A stretch of DNA of 62,976 nt, the filler included, from Octopus bimaculoides (lineage: Eukaryota), in the NCBI RefSeq assembly GCF_001194135.2. It is 6 parts of 6 records of this genome, joined end to end, with 100 filler letters (N's around TTAATTAATTAA, not from the genome) between each part and the next. Parts side by side here need not be neighbours in the genome. Positions count along the whole stretch, not along the records: positions 42,266 to 53,221 come from NC_068998.1; positions 53,322 to 60,432 come from NC_068996.1; positions 60,533 to 62,976 come from NC_068983.1; 3 more parts are not named here. One strand, 5' to 3'. The notes beneath the pieces were generated by a model, which worked only from the letters and a program-made list of their open reading frames with translations, had not been told where the DNA came from and did no database searches. Positions 51,020-62,976 of the stretch are shown here, in pieces. A program made the translations under genes and the position numbers. How positions within the stretch are numbered: the stretch's first letter is position 1; each line of letters opens with the position of its first letter.

Positions 51020-51402
51020 AGGAATGTTCAGTATGTCAGGTAAGAATGGTGCGGTAGAGCAGCTGGTAGCTAGATTTCGATAAGGGGACATGTCAATAAA
51101 GGATTGTGGAGGACCATAAACTAGAGAGTAGAAATATTGGCGTATTTGTTGCGATTTGGTATCAAAGTCAGAGCCTGCACAAATGAGGTAGCTGCTTGGG
51201 AGCAGTTTCAGTCGTATTCAGAGATGGTGGATGTTATTTCCAGAGTTAAGTGTAGGTGTTGATGAAGGGAATGAAAAAGATATCTATATGTCCTCTCTGG
51301 CGACTGACATGACAGTAATGCAGTCGTCGATAAAATAAAAGCCTAGGAAGTTCAGTGTGTGCGTATGTAGGAACCATCTTTGTATCCATTGCGACACTTG
51401 AC
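51020..51402 (-). mobile_element. Penelope-like reverse transcriptase remnant (Neptune-like)
   Basis: The minus strand gives SVAMDTKMVPTYA (cf. GVAMGT.MGP.YA) and, after a deletion/shift, FIDDCI (cf. YIDDC), then FINT and TISE traces. Confidence 0.7.
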
Positions 51403-52270
51403 GATTATATAATACATTCACTCAAGAAAGAGTAATATTTGAAGGTGTGACAAAGAAGTGTAATGGATCTGGGTCTGAGTGTAACATGGGTTTTACTTGC
51501 ATATAAACACATAAATTCAACCAGGATTAACTGAGTAGGTCTATGATCAAATGCATTCGAAACATGACCATCGTGAATTTTTTGGAGTGGGTTGGTGTTA
51601 GTTTTATTTTTCTTTACCAATTCTCTCAAAGACTACTGCTAGATGGTAAGGTGTTAGTTGAAGGAAATTTCATTGTTATTTCTAGCAGATTAAAGCTTAA
51701 TTCTTGGAACAACCATCATGATTACATTTATTGCTGTTGTTATTTAGCGTAAGATGTCACAGAGATTCCAATCGCCGCCATCCACTCTTATATTTTGGGT
51801 ATACATGTTTATATGACAGCATTTACGTGTACCTTCTTCCTGTTCTTTAACGAAATTAAGGAATAGTTTGAGAGAAATTTAGCTATTATTTCTATCAGGG
51901 CGAGTGGCAACGTAGTGACTTCCTCCGTGGGTTGAGGTAGTAGTGCATGTTGTATAGTTACAGTCGTGTCCCTAGGAAAAGCGACGCAATTGAGATTATA
52001 ATGTTTATTGATACGGCGTACATAGATATTAGTATTGAGTTCCTAGACCCCTAGAGACCGTAGGCAACACCTCAGTCTGCTAACAACTTAGGACAACACT
52101 GAATATATTGTTGTTCAATGTTGCCAAAAAAATCTATATTGCAGCATATACTTGTTATTGCCGTTAAGTTCCAAATTTAGTAAACATATGGACAAAATAA
52201 AACGCACCATATATGACCATCTCGTTTTAATCATTGGTTATTCAGGCATATAATATTATCCATGCAGTAA

Positions 52271-52485
52271 GGCGGCAAGCTGCTAGAAACGTTAGGACGC
52301 CGGGCGAAATGCTTAGCGGTATTTCGTCTGCCACTGCGTTCTGAGTTCAAATTCCGCCGAGGTCGACTTTACCTTTCATCCTTTCTGGGCCAATAAATTA
52401 AGTACCAGTTGCGTACTGGGGTCGATCTAATCGACTGGTACCCTCCCCTAAAATGTCGGGCCTTGTGCTTAGAATAGAAAAGAAT
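52271..52485 (+). mobile_element. Nin-domain-like SINE, full length and well conserved
   Basis: GGCGGCAAGCTGCTAGAAACGTTAG...GAGTTCAAATTCCGCCGAGGTCGACTTTACCTTTCATCCTTTC...AAGTACCAGTTGCGTACTGGGGTCGATC. Confidence 0.92.
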
Positions 52486-53007
52486 ATTTTCAAAACAGTA
52501 TACAAACTGTATTGAGAGAGCAACAGTTTTAAATCTTCAAGTTGTGATTTGAGAGGAATTTCGCTGTTATATCTAGCACGACATGCAACTATGTAGAGGC
52601 AAATGCTCATTTGTTCGTAAATAGTTTTTAGATGTATTATTCTGTATCACCTCCCTATCACAATTTCTTTTACGTTTACGTTTCAACAGATCTATATACA
52701 GTTTGACAACGTGGACTGATTCGTTGGAGAGATAAATTTCTTCGTTGTTTTCTCAACAATAATTAGTCAAGAGCAAAACACAAATACATGGTAAATTATC
52801 ATGTACTTAATTAATTAATTAACTTATTAATTAATTAATCGTGATCAAATAGATAAGGCAATGGCTTAATACGTTATAGAAATTAATCACGCATTTAAAT
52901 TTTTATTTGAAGTAAAACGACATATAAAAAGATAAAACCAATTAGCAACACGTAGAAGTTAAGAACATTTCGTATTGCACAGAAGAAAGCACACACAAAA
53001 ACACAAT

Positions 53008-53040
<33 letters not shown>

Positions 53041-53221
53041 GCGCTCATATACACACACAGGCATACATTCACACATATGCTCACAGATTCATGTATGCGT
53101 GATATAAATACATACAAACATGTATTTATACACATATATGCTGATATGTACTGTGCATGCATATATACGTATATGTGTATATAAATATATATAGATATGC
53201 ATATGTGTATGTATATATATA

Positions 53222-53321
53222 NNNNNNNNNNNNNNNNNNNNNNNNNNNNNNNNNNNNNNNNNNNNTTAATTAATTAANNNNNNNNNNNNNNNNNNNNNNN
53301 NNNNNNNNNNNNNNNNNNNNN
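53222..53321. other. Artificial contig linker
   Basis: 44 N + TTAATTAATTAA (53266-53277) + 44 N. Confidence 0.95.
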
Positions 53322-53367
<46 letters not shown>

Positions 53368-53374
53368 GTGTGTG

Positions 53375-53650
53375 CATGGCTTAGTGGTTAGCGTGTTGCA
53401 TTCACGGTTGCTAGATCATTGGTGCCATTCCCCGACCGGGTGGTGCGTTAGAAAATACTTTATATCACGTTATAGCACCAGTCCCCTTAACTGAAAATGG
53501 GTAACCCTGTGACCGAGTAGTCTTCTGATCAGAGGCAATGTTGGCCTGCTCACCGAACCAGCGCGGTGGCATCATGCGAGGGATAAAACAATACGAAGCG
53601 ATGTATAACAACATACCAAAGTTTGGCCAATACTGTGATCCCGTGGCATA
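53375..53650 (+). mobile_element. tRNA-head SINE, third family, degraded
   Basis: Head GCATGGCTTAGTGGTTAGCGTGTTGCATTCACG followed by ACTTTATATCACGTT...AAAATGGGTAACC. Confidence 0.6.
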
Positions 53651-53694
53651 TGCGTATATGCATCTGCATACATAAACACACAGAATACAAGGAT

Positions 53695-53930
53695 GAGATT
53701 ATTGTCAACAATTACACCCAGATCTCTGATATTGTTGGATGCTGTGAGCGCTTCCCCTGAAGAAAGAGAGTATGGCTGTTTTAGTGTGGACTTTCTTCCA
53801 AAATGCATCAGCTCAAATTTTCCCTCGTTCAGTTTCATTTTGTTTTTATCTTCCCATTGACTCACAGCATTTAGATCAGTCTGGAGTTGGGTTCGGTCTG
53901 CTTCTTCATTGATGATTTGTTCGAACAATA
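53695..53930 (-). mobile_element. CR1-group LINE ORF2 fragment (region just after the YADD motif)
   Basis: IINEEADRTQLQTDLNAVSQWEDKNKMKLNEGKFELMHFG...YSLSSGEALTASNNIRDLGVIVDNNL matches LQ.DL..L..W.....M.FN..K...LH.G...RDLGV..D..L. Confidence 0.85.
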
Positions 53931-54080
53931 AGAACGATTTACTCATTTAATTAATGTATAAGTTGCTGATTTTTACAGAGAGAGACTCGTGTAAATTTAA
54001 TGGAATCTTTCAGAAGCTGATATTGACCTGATGAAAGTGACACAGTGTCTGACAAAGCTGTTTTTTTTAAAAAAATAGTG

Positions 54081-54645
54081 CAGGGATTCTGAATCCTTTT
54101 TAATCTATGAACCCCTTTGATTAATATTTTATTCTGGTGGGTCCCCTATAGTCATTCTATGCTTGAAAATTAGTTTTATAGAAACTTCTTTCAAAATTCC
54201 TATTTTGTGTTTCACACATTAACTTGTTTAGATTGAACTAAGTAAAATGTTAGAGAAAGAAACCTGACTGTTTCTTGTAATACATACTCCAATACATACA
54301 TCTGAAACAGAGGTTCTCAACTGTTTTTTAACACTGGACCCCTTTGATTACTATTCTATTCTGGTGGACCCCCATAGCTATTCGATGTTTAAAAACTAGC
54401 TTTATAGAAACTTCTTTCGAAATTTCTATTTTGTTTTTCATACATTAACTTGCATAGGTTAAATTTTGTAAACCAGAGAAAGAAGCCTACCTGTGTCTTG
54501 CAATAAATACCAATACATACATCTAAAGCAAAATGTTTTAGGGAGCCATTAAAATACTATTGTGGATTTACTACTTGTTGCCTGGAACCTCCAAAATCTT
54601 ATACGGACCTTAATGGGCCATATGAACCCCGGTTAAGAACCACTG
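54081..54645 (+). mobile_element. hAT-like MITE (54308-54645) preceded by a diverged partial head-to-tail copy (54081-54307)
   Basis: Terminal inverted repeats CAGAGGTTCTCAAC / GTTAAGAACCACTG. The first ~225 bp are duplicated upstream (ACCCCTTTGATTA..ATTCTGGTGG..TATAGAAACTTCTTTC). No matching 8-bp TSD seen. Confidence 0.7.
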
Positions 54646-54782
54646 TATTAGAGGCAATATTCATCCGACAACCTACTACGTAGTTACAGTCTTGTTCACA
54701 AGATATTGTTGTGTCGCTACTTTCGGCGATATATTTTAAATGATGTGAATCATTCTGACATATAAGTTTGTAGATTGTAGAT

Positions 54783-54884
54783 TGTAACGACCGGTAGCAT
54801 GTAATGATCGATAGAATATAACGACCGGCAGAATATAACGACCGGCAGAATGTAACGACCGCTAGAATGTACCGACAGCTAGAA
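54783..54884. repeat. 17-bp minisatellite, 6 units
   Basis: Unit T(G/A)TAACGACCGGCAGAA. Confidence 0.9.
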
Positions 54885-55114
54885 TAACTGAGAAAATGCT
54901 TAAAGATGGCTAGTAGCACACCTAATACTTTTTGGCTTTCTGTTGTAATGCACCTTATGTTAGCTCTCCTTTTTTGTCCTTGGTTGTCGCTAGAAACGAC
55001 TGGAATCAACATTTATATTCTATGAACAATATACAGAAATATTCAAAGCATTGTGGCTGTTTGTATGATATGCTATTTCGTTCACACGGCATGAAGTGGA
55101 TCTGCAGTTATGCT

Positions 55115-55442
55115 AGAAGCTACGTCGTAGGAAGTGGCACTCTGTCGGTTAAGACGATGAGTTTTTCAGTTGATCCAATCAACAGAACAGCCTGCTCATG
55201 AAATTAACATGTAAGTGGCTGAGCACTCCACAGACATGTTTACCCTTAACGTAGTTCTCAGGGAGATTCAGTACAACACAGAATGTGACCAGGCTGGCCG
55301 TTTTAATTACAAGTACTACTCACTTTTACCAGCTGACGTGAAATAAAGTGTTTTGCATAAGGACAAAACGCGCTGCCGGAAATCGAACTCATGAACTAAC
55401 GATGGTGAACCAAATACCTTAACCACTAAGACATGCACCTTC
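55115..55442 (-). mobile_element. tRNA-head SINE, third family, near full length
   Basis: Minus strand: GCATGTCTTAGTGGTTAAGGTATTTGGTTCACC..GAGTTCGATTTCCGG..GTCCTTATGCAAAACACTTTATTTCACG..GAGAACTACGTTAAGGG..GTGGAGTGCTCAGCCAC. Confidence 0.75.
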
Positions 55443-55659
55443 ACCAGAAGGAAGTAATGCTAGAAAGAAAGGGGGAAAAAATAGAAGAACGGTGTGGTGA
55501 GAAGGGGAAGTGTGAGAAAGCTGCAACACGGATTCAGTGCAGTAAGAATGGAAAGTATGATGTTTTTGGATGAGTGAGGTTCTGTAAATCAGTATACAAC
55601 TTCCAGAAAATTTCAACAAAATTCAATTTCACATTTGTACCAGTATTCAAGAAGACAAT

Positions 55660-55701
55660 CGTGGTAGCACCAACAACAATAACGGCAGCAACAACAGCAT
55701 C

Positions 55702-55749
<48 letters not shown>

Positions 55750-56151
55750 GGTGGTGGTGGTGGTGGTGGTGGTGGTGGTAGTGTTTGTTGTTGGTGGTGG
55801 TAGTGTTAGTGGTAGTGTTGGTGGTGGTGGAGATAGTAGTAGTAGTGATGGTGGTGGTGTTAGTGGTGGTGGTGGTAGTGNNNNNNNNNNNNNNNNNNNN
55901 NNNNNNNNNNNNNNNNNNNNNNNNNNNNNNNNNNNNNNNNNNNNNNNNNNNNNNNNNNNNNNNNNNNNNNNNNNNNNNNNNNNNNNNNNNNNNNNNNNNN
56001 NNNNNNNNNAGTAGTAGTAGTGGTGGTGGTGGTGGAGGAGGTAGTAGTAGTAGTAGTAGTAGTAGGGGAAACAGCAGCAACAACAAGAACAAAAGGTATA
56101 AATTCCAAGAAAGAAGACCCAGCAACAATATCAACTGGAAGACAAACACGC

Positions 56152-56203
<52 letters not shown>

Positions 56204-56270
56204 CCAACGACAACAACACCAACAACAACACCAACGACAACAACAGTAACAACAATAATTACAAAAGCAA
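55660..56270. repeat. Compound trinucleotide microsatellite tract (GTA, GGT, CAA)
   Basis: Directly visible. Confidence 0.95.
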
Positions 56271-57168
56271 ACAAAAAAAGAAGCAAGGAAAAAAAATAAA
56301 ATAAAACAATCAATTAAACAGCAGGCAATAGAAAACAAAAAGCAGAAAAAACAAACAGAAAAAAAAACATGAAAATAAATATAAATACGCAAAAACTAAA
56401 AGCACAAGAATAACTCGACAATAACACCATCCAAAATATTTTTAAAAAAAGGGAAAACAAAATAGCCAAAAAGATTTTGGAAGAAACGGTGAGAATTCCT
56501 TTTGATGTTTTTAGATGTAGTCATCGATGAAACGTGTTTCTTGTTTGGCCTCCGTCGAATATTTACTTCCAAACGATATAGCTGTTGCCAAAGGCGCTTC
56601 CATGATTGTTTTGGCTCTCGTTTGGCGGGAAAAATCAATTCTTAGCCGTTCTTGTGACGTGTGTACCTTGCCGAGAATGTACAAGACTGATAGAATCTTG
56701 GAAAGCAAACTGTTATTAAGTGAACCCTATGTCTTGTGATATGTGCAAATGGTAAACAGAAGACTGTTGCGTTTACCACTATTTCTTTGTTCATCATTAG
56801 CGTAATAACAAATTCACGACAGCTATCTCTGTTTATGTAAAGAAAATTCACACCACCCCGGTCTCGCTACTCACTTTTTATTCCAACACACACACACACA
56901 CACGCACACACACACACACGCACACACACACACACACTCATACATACATACATACATACATACATTCACATACATACGCACACACAGACACATACTCATC
57001 CGCGCACACACATACGCACACAGGTACACACACATACACACACATGCACACAGTCACGATCGCATTCTAACACTCAAACATTCACGCACATACATACGCA
57101 GAAGTATTTATGCATTGCCATGTATGTACTATGTGTACACACATACGCACGCACGTGCACACATACAT

Positions 57169-57201
<33 letters not shown>

Positions 57202-57496
57202 CAGGCAGAGAGAGAGATTATAAATAGATAGATAGATATGTTCGTGTGGATACATCTGACACAAACGCACAAACACACACACACGTATATATATATAAGT
57301 ATATATATGTATATGTATTTGTGTGTGTCTATGTGCGTACACAAACACACGCTCACACACGCTCTCATATATATAAACATACATATACATACACACATAT
57401 AGGTGTGCTTGCTTTTGTGCGTATGTATCCTCTTTCTTTCACTCACTGACGGACAAATGCCCATACAGTGTGTCAAAGAGAGAGAGAGAGGGGGGA

Positions 57497-57539
<43 letters not shown>

Positions 57540-57830
57540 GTAGGGAATTACACAGAACATGGCTGTGATAGAAGTAAAGGAAACTGAACATACAAAAGAA
57601 AGATAGAAAGAAAGAAAGAGTTGGAAAATGTGTAGAAAGATTGAAACATTGTATAGACACAAAGTAATGAGAAATGAGAACTGGCACACACACACACGCA
57701 CATACACACACGCACACACACACATGCACACACATGCACACACATACACCCATACACACACATACACACACAGTCATACAGGTAGACGAGTGCCTACCTA
57801 CCCACACACGTACACACATACACACACACA

Positions 57831-57967
57831 CTCTCTCCTTCTATCTCCCTCTCTCTCCTTCTATCTCCCTCTCTCTCCTTCTATCTCCCTCTCTCTCCTT
57901 CTATCTCCCTCTCTCTCCTTCTATCTCCCTCTCTCTCCTTCTATCTCCCTCTCTCTCTCCCCCTCTC
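57831..57967. repeat. 20-bp pyrimidine minisatellite, about 6.5 units
   Basis: Unit CTCTCTCCTTCTATCTCCCT. Confidence 0.9.
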
Positions 57968-58231
57968 NNNNNNNNNNNNNNNNNNNNNNNNNNNNNNNNN
58001 NNNNNNNNNNNNNNNNNNNNNNNNNNNNNNNNNNNNNNNNNNNNNNNNNNNNNNNNNNNNNNNNNNNNNNNNNNNNNNNNNNNNNCCCCCTCTCTCTCTA
58101 ACTTCCCCCCTCTCTCTCTCTCTCTCACATACACTGGACTTGTCAAGTGTGACAAAAGTGAGAATCCAATAATAATAAATGTGGAATATATCAAGGATAA
58201 GAAGAGAGCTCTAGCGAGATTTGGATATAAA

Positions 58232-58390
58232 TATCGACCCCAGTGCGTAGCTGGTACTTATTTAATCGACCCCGAAAGGATGAAAGGCAAAGTCGACCTC
58301 GGCAGAATTTGAACTCAGAACGTAACGGCAGACGAAATACCGCTAAGCATTTCGCCCGGCGTGCTAACGATTCTGCCAGCTCGCCGCCTT
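58232..58390 (-). mobile_element. Nin-domain-like SINE, least diverged copy in the window
   Basis: Minus strand: GGCGGCGAGCTGGCAGAATCGTTAGCACGCCGGGCGAAATGCTTAGCGGTATTTCG...GAGTTCAAATTCTGCCGAGGTCGACTTTGCCTTTCATCCTTTCGGGGTCGATTAAATAAGTACC. Confidence 0.95.
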
Positions 58391-58419
58391 ATTATGAGAT
58401 TTCCGCTGACCAGTATACC

Positions 58420-59110
58420 CCAATGCTAGAGAGTTGTTGGCGTTTGATGACATTCCAGATACCATGTGACCTGGCTCGATCTTTGTTTGATCCAGACCTT
58501 TAGCAATGTCAAGGATATGAGCGAGAGAAAAACTAATCTGACAATGACTTCAAATGTTCACCGTCAAGGGGGCTGGAGATGACGCAGTTTAAGTTTATGT
58601 TTGCACTTCATTAGCCATGACATACCCAGTCTGTCACGAAGTGAATGTTAACAGCAAATGAATTATCAGACTAGTAGAACACGTCCTTTTCACAGAATAC
58701 GGTAGAACAACCGCGAACCGATGAAAGGCGATTATAAATGACGTGAGAAATACAACTATTTGCCATCTCTACCTGGCCCTTCAGGAATGGCTTTCACTCG
58801 GCCAGTTTCCGGATGAGACAGGCCATCTTGCTTGCCACTGCGTCTTAGTTCTTTCCACCAAGCCGTTGATCCGAAACAATTAAGACACCGAGAATCTAAA
58901 ACGCTTCATCCATCCAGTGCGCCACAGTACAGTCGGACGACATGAATCTGCCACTCCAGGTGCCGAGATGGAGCCTAACCACATTTCATAATTAAGTTTG
59001 GTTCTTGTTACTCGTTTGTAACCCATCAATGAAGTGCTGATACCTCAGTTTGCTTCTTGCTCAATATTATGATGCGGACGTTGTCCGTTTATACCGACAC
59101 TGGTTGTTTC
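58420..59110 (-). mobile_element. Tx1/L1-clade LINE ORF2 remnant, copy B
   Basis: VSV*TDNVRIII (decayed SAYADDV), LHLGTWSGRFMSSD..HWMDEAF*ILGV, KN*DAVASKMACLIRKLAE*KPFLKGQVEMANSCISHVIYNRL and LGMSWLMKCKHKLKLRHLQ. Confidence 0.75.
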
Positions 59111-59129
59111 TACCACCTAATCATCGTTT

Positions 59130-60270
59130 CATACATTTCATAGACTTCATAATAGGTCATAACCGTAGGTATTCAAGTACATCCTCTCTCACTTGCCGCT
59201 TGCGCTGAGCAGTTGGATGAAGTGACACTGAAATACCGCGCACGCTTCATCAGAGTCAAGTTGCACAAGACCGAAATGTGGCTTCGTTGCAATGTGGCAC
59301 CCCTAACACCCGGGTCCATTGAACGGCTGTTGTTCTGAGGAGACTTAGAGAACGTATTCAACTTTAAGGAAATAGTCGAAGACCATTCTTACTGCTGTCC
59401 CAGCGGTCAAAATGCTTTTTCTATGCGTTTCTTCTATATTTCTTACTAGATCGTTCTCTAGTCTAATTTTACATATTACTCCTTACTGACTTCATCGATT
59501 CTATACTAATAACTCTTTACATAGCGAACCACTAGTTATTGTTGATAATTTATCCCTCGTCAATGTCCGCTTTACTATTTCACTGCAATCACTGCCAACC
59601 CAGTCTTCTAGGAATTATTTATGGGTCCTACAATGTAAGGTCTCCAAAATATGTTTCCCTGTTGGCTTGCGTTATCACCCAGAAATTGTTTAGGCAACGG
59701 CTTCACTATTTCTCACTCGTAATTTTGGTATTTGTATAACCCAGAACTACAGAGCCGCCAAAGAGATGTGTTGAGGAAAGATGATCCTGAAAAAAGAGCA
59801 AAGATGCTTGCTAATCATCTATAAATCTTAGTATTAATCTGTATAAATCTTTCTATAAATCTGTGGCCTCAGCCATGTCGTATTGAGTCCGTGCAACGGG
59901 TAAGGTCAGCTTCAACCTAGTCAAATTAGATTCAGGGCGACGTACGACGGTTAGGTAGTAATATATTATGGAGTCGATATAGGCATCCGCCAGCTCTTCC
60001 CGGATGAGTTTTCAATTGCTAGACTTCTGGAGAGTAAAACCTAACCAGACCCCCAAGTAATCTTCGTATCTGGGAGCACATAAAGGCTATTGAGCTATAA
60101 GGAATTTCTACCGCCCCACCCCGGGTCCCGATCTGCACATCCACTGATCTGTCGTGGTTAATTTGTGTTCTTGCTATTGTCTTACATTCCTTTAGGAGGT
60201 GCAATCCGACTCGGATTCTTGATGTGACGTACCATTACGATGACGGCGCCTGAATATGCCGACGTTCAAC
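59130..60270 (-). mobile_element. Tx1/L1-clade LINE ORF2 remnant, copy A
   Basis: TSAYSGAVIVMV (decayed SAYADDV), HLLKECKTIARTQINHDRSVDVQIGTRGG (ORF 60019-60204) and AYIDSIIYYYLTVV; the distal part is heavily deleted. Confidence 0.65.
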
Positions 60271-60337
60271 TTCTCCGTAGCAGTTCTAGCAGAAGAAGAA
60301 GAAGAAGAAGAAGAAGTAGAAGAAGAAGAAGAAGAAG

Positions 60338-60369
<32 letters not shown>

Positions 60370-60432
60370 TCAGTTCTAGCAGAAGAAGAAGAAGAAGAAG
60401 AAGAAGAAGAAGAAGAAGAAGAAGAAGAAGAA

Positions 60433-60532
60433 NNNNNNNNNNNNNNNNNNNNNNNNNNNNNNNNNNNNNNNNNNNNTTAATTAATTAANNNNNNNNNNNN
60501 NNNNNNNNNNNNNNNNNNNNNNNNNNNNNNNN
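60433..60532. other. Artificial contig linker
   Basis: 44 N + TTAATTAATTAA (60477-60488) + 44 N. Confidence 0.95.
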
Positions 60533-60731
60533 GTCAAAGAACTACTGATTCTAAACTACAAATTTTTCTCTAAATGGATGGCGATATTTATGGCACACAT
60601 AGAACAAAAAGTCTTTAGTTAATCGGATACGATCGTTTCATGGTTAAGAGAATGAAAAATCCCTATTCCAATCCTCAGTCCGCCATCCATTTAGAGAAAA
60701 ATTTGTAGTTTAGAATCAGTAGTTCTTTGAC
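60533..60731. repeat. Perfect 51-bp inverted repeat with a 97-bp spacer at a contig start
   Basis: 60533-60583 is the exact reverse complement of 60681-60731. Confidence 0.9.
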
Positions 60732-60813
60732 TGCTATTTCTAAATTTTCAGTATGTTGGAGAAGCAACTCAATGCTAATCCCTGTATATTTATGATGATA
60801 TATGTATGTATGT

Positions 60814-60862
<49 letters not shown>

Positions 60863-61954
60863 CAGACAATCAGACAGACAGACAGAAAGAGAGCCTGAAA
60901 GATTGCTTTAAGATACATGGCTTATTTTATGAATATACCTGTTCAAAAAAGCATGTAATTATTAGTAACTTTTTAGGTTGTGTATTTAATTGATACATAC
61001 ATACACACACACACACACACAAACACACACANNNNNNNNNNNNNNNNNNNNNNNNNNNNNNNNNNNNNNNNNNNNNNNNNNNNNNNNNNNNNNNNNNNNN
61101 NNNNNNNNNNNNNNNNNNNNNNNNNNNNNNNNNNNNNNNNNNNNNNNNNNNNNNNNNNNNNNNNNNNNNNNNNNNNNNNNNNNNNNNNNNNNNNNNNNNN
61201 NNNNNNNNNNNNNNNNNNNNNNNNNNNNNNNNNNNNNNNNNNNNNNNNNNNNNNNNNNNNNNNNNNNNNNNNNNNNNNNNNNNNNNNNNNNNNNNNNNNN
61301 NNNNNNNNNNNNNNNNNNNNNNNNNNNNNNNNNNNNNNNNNNNNNNNNNNNNNNNNNNNNNNNNNNNNNNNNNNNNNNNNNNNNNNNNNNNNNNNNNNNN
61401 NNNNNNNNNNNNNNNNNNNNNNNNNNNNNNNNNNNNNNNNNNNNNNNNNNNNNNNNNNNNNNNNNNNNNNNNNNNNNNNNNNNNNNNNNNNNNNNNNNNN
61501 NNNNNNNNNNNNNNNNNNNNNNNNNNNNNNNNNNNNNNNNNNNNNNNNNNNNNNNNNNNNNNNNNNNNNNNNNNNNNNNNNNNNNNNNNNNNNNNNNNNN
61601 NNNNNNNNNNNNNNNNNNNNNNNNNNNNNNNNNNNNNNNNNNNNNNNNNNNNNNNNNNNNNNNNNNNNNNNNNNNNNNNNNNNNNNNNNNNNNNNNNNNN
61701 NNNNNNNNNNNNNNNNNNNNNNNNNNNNNNNNNNNNNNNNNNNNNNNNNNNNNNNNNNNNNNNNNNNNNNNNNNNNNNNNNNNNNNNNNNNNNNNNNNNN
61801 NNNNNNNNNNNNNNNNNNNNNNNNNNNNNNNNNNNNNNNNNNNNNNNNNNNNNNNNNNNNNNNNNNNNNNNNNNNNNNNNNNNNNNNNNNNNNNNNNNNN
61901 NNNNNNNNNNNNNNNNNNNNNNNNNNNNNNNNNNNNNNNNNNNNNNNNNNNNTA

Positions 61955-61986
<32 letters not shown>

Positions 61987-62489
61987 CACATACATATATG
62001 TGTGTATACATATATTGATATATATGCGTGTAATATGTGTGTATGTGCGTGTGTGTGTATGTGTTTATCGAGGGTGCGATGAATAAATTGTCGTCTAAAT
62101 TACGCAGAAATGAAAATAACACTGACATCTCATTTTAATAGATTGCACTGTTCTAAGATTGACACCCAAACACTCTAAAATGTTCGTATACAAGCTTCCG
62201 ACGCGAATACCAATCAGTACAGCATTTCGTTCCTAAATTTCTCGCAGAGTGAATTGCGTCATAGTGTTGTTTTTCACAGACAGTGTCCAACTGACCCTAC
62301 TATACTGTGTAGTGGAGAAAATCAAAAACATATACTCGAATGGACCATAAATACTACAAAACTTGACTTCAAAAGGATATAGATAATCTTATTAGGTTGT
62401 GCTATTAAGTTAGACTTGACCTGGACCAATCTTTGGTTGAAACATATCAAAGTTTATCTATGTTTTAGGTTATATACACACACACACAA

Positions 62490-62520
<31 letters not shown>

Positions 62521-62530
62521 NNNNNNNNNN

Positions 62531-62569
<39 letters not shown>

Positions 62570-62940
62570 TGCGTGCATGTGGGGGTGTGCGCGTGTGTGT
62601 ATGCTTGTGTGTGTATAAATGTGTGTTTGTGTTTGTATGTGTACCCATGTTCTCGCGTTATTTGAGAAATGATTGGGCACGACTTTTCTATCTAAGCGAC
62701 ATCAAATACAAATCCACAATCCTATCACGAAAATGGATTTGATTTGATATCAGTCACGACATCAAATTCTCCTGGCTGCAATGCTTTTTAGACATAGTAA
62801 GATCTGTCCTAACTATTTGCTAAGCAAAAACAACTTGAGTATACTCTATGTAGAATTCTCTATGTTTTTAATGTTCTTAACATTATCTACGAACCCTATT
62901 CATTATATAAATATACGTATATATATATGTGTGTGTGTGT

Positions 62941-62976
<36 letters not shown>

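Noticed and set aside
52271-52360. tRNA-like A/B boxes at SINE heads as real tRNA genes
   Set aside because: They run straight into SINE bodies, are multi-copy and diverged, and no full cloverleaf is evident.
56396-56851. One minus frame open for about 150 codons with a single stop, weakly GPCR-like (ITVCFP)
   Set aside because: No DRY/NPxxY motifs or convincing helices, and part of the frame is A/T low complexity.
62060-62110. CGAGGGTG start resembling a mariner TIR
   Set aside because: No matching right TIR or transposase trace within the window.

Overview
Eukaryotic, AT-rich, microsatellite-saturated draft genomic DNA. The SINE families suggest an octopus (cephalopod); this is an inference from recalled SINE motifs, not a database match. 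The window is not one continuous locus. Five identical 100-bp linkers (44 N + TTAATTAATTAA + 44 N) split it into six segments: 1-12624, 12725-21102, 21203-42165, 42266-53221, 53322-60432 and 60533-62976. Almost all ORFs in the supplied track are artefacts of microsatellites or N-runs. Most of the interpretable sequence is decayed mobile DNA: (1) many tRNA-derived SINEs; (2) three restriction-like-endonuclease (RLE) non-LTR remnants of HERO-, CRE- and R4/Dong-like type; (3) Penelope-like element (PLE) fragments covering RT, GIY-YIG and hammerhead-like terminal motifs; (4) two tandem Tx1/L1-like fragments and a CR1-like fragment; (5) mariner and hAT MITEs. The best host-gene candidate is a three-exon 3' end at 35301-35782 (+) of unknown identity. 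I found no intact transposon ORF, rRNA, true tRNA or CRISPR array, and no clearly novel biological system. The most interesting items are the hammerhead-like hairpins, a palindromic 44-bp minisatellite, long inverted repeats and the candidate gene fragments.
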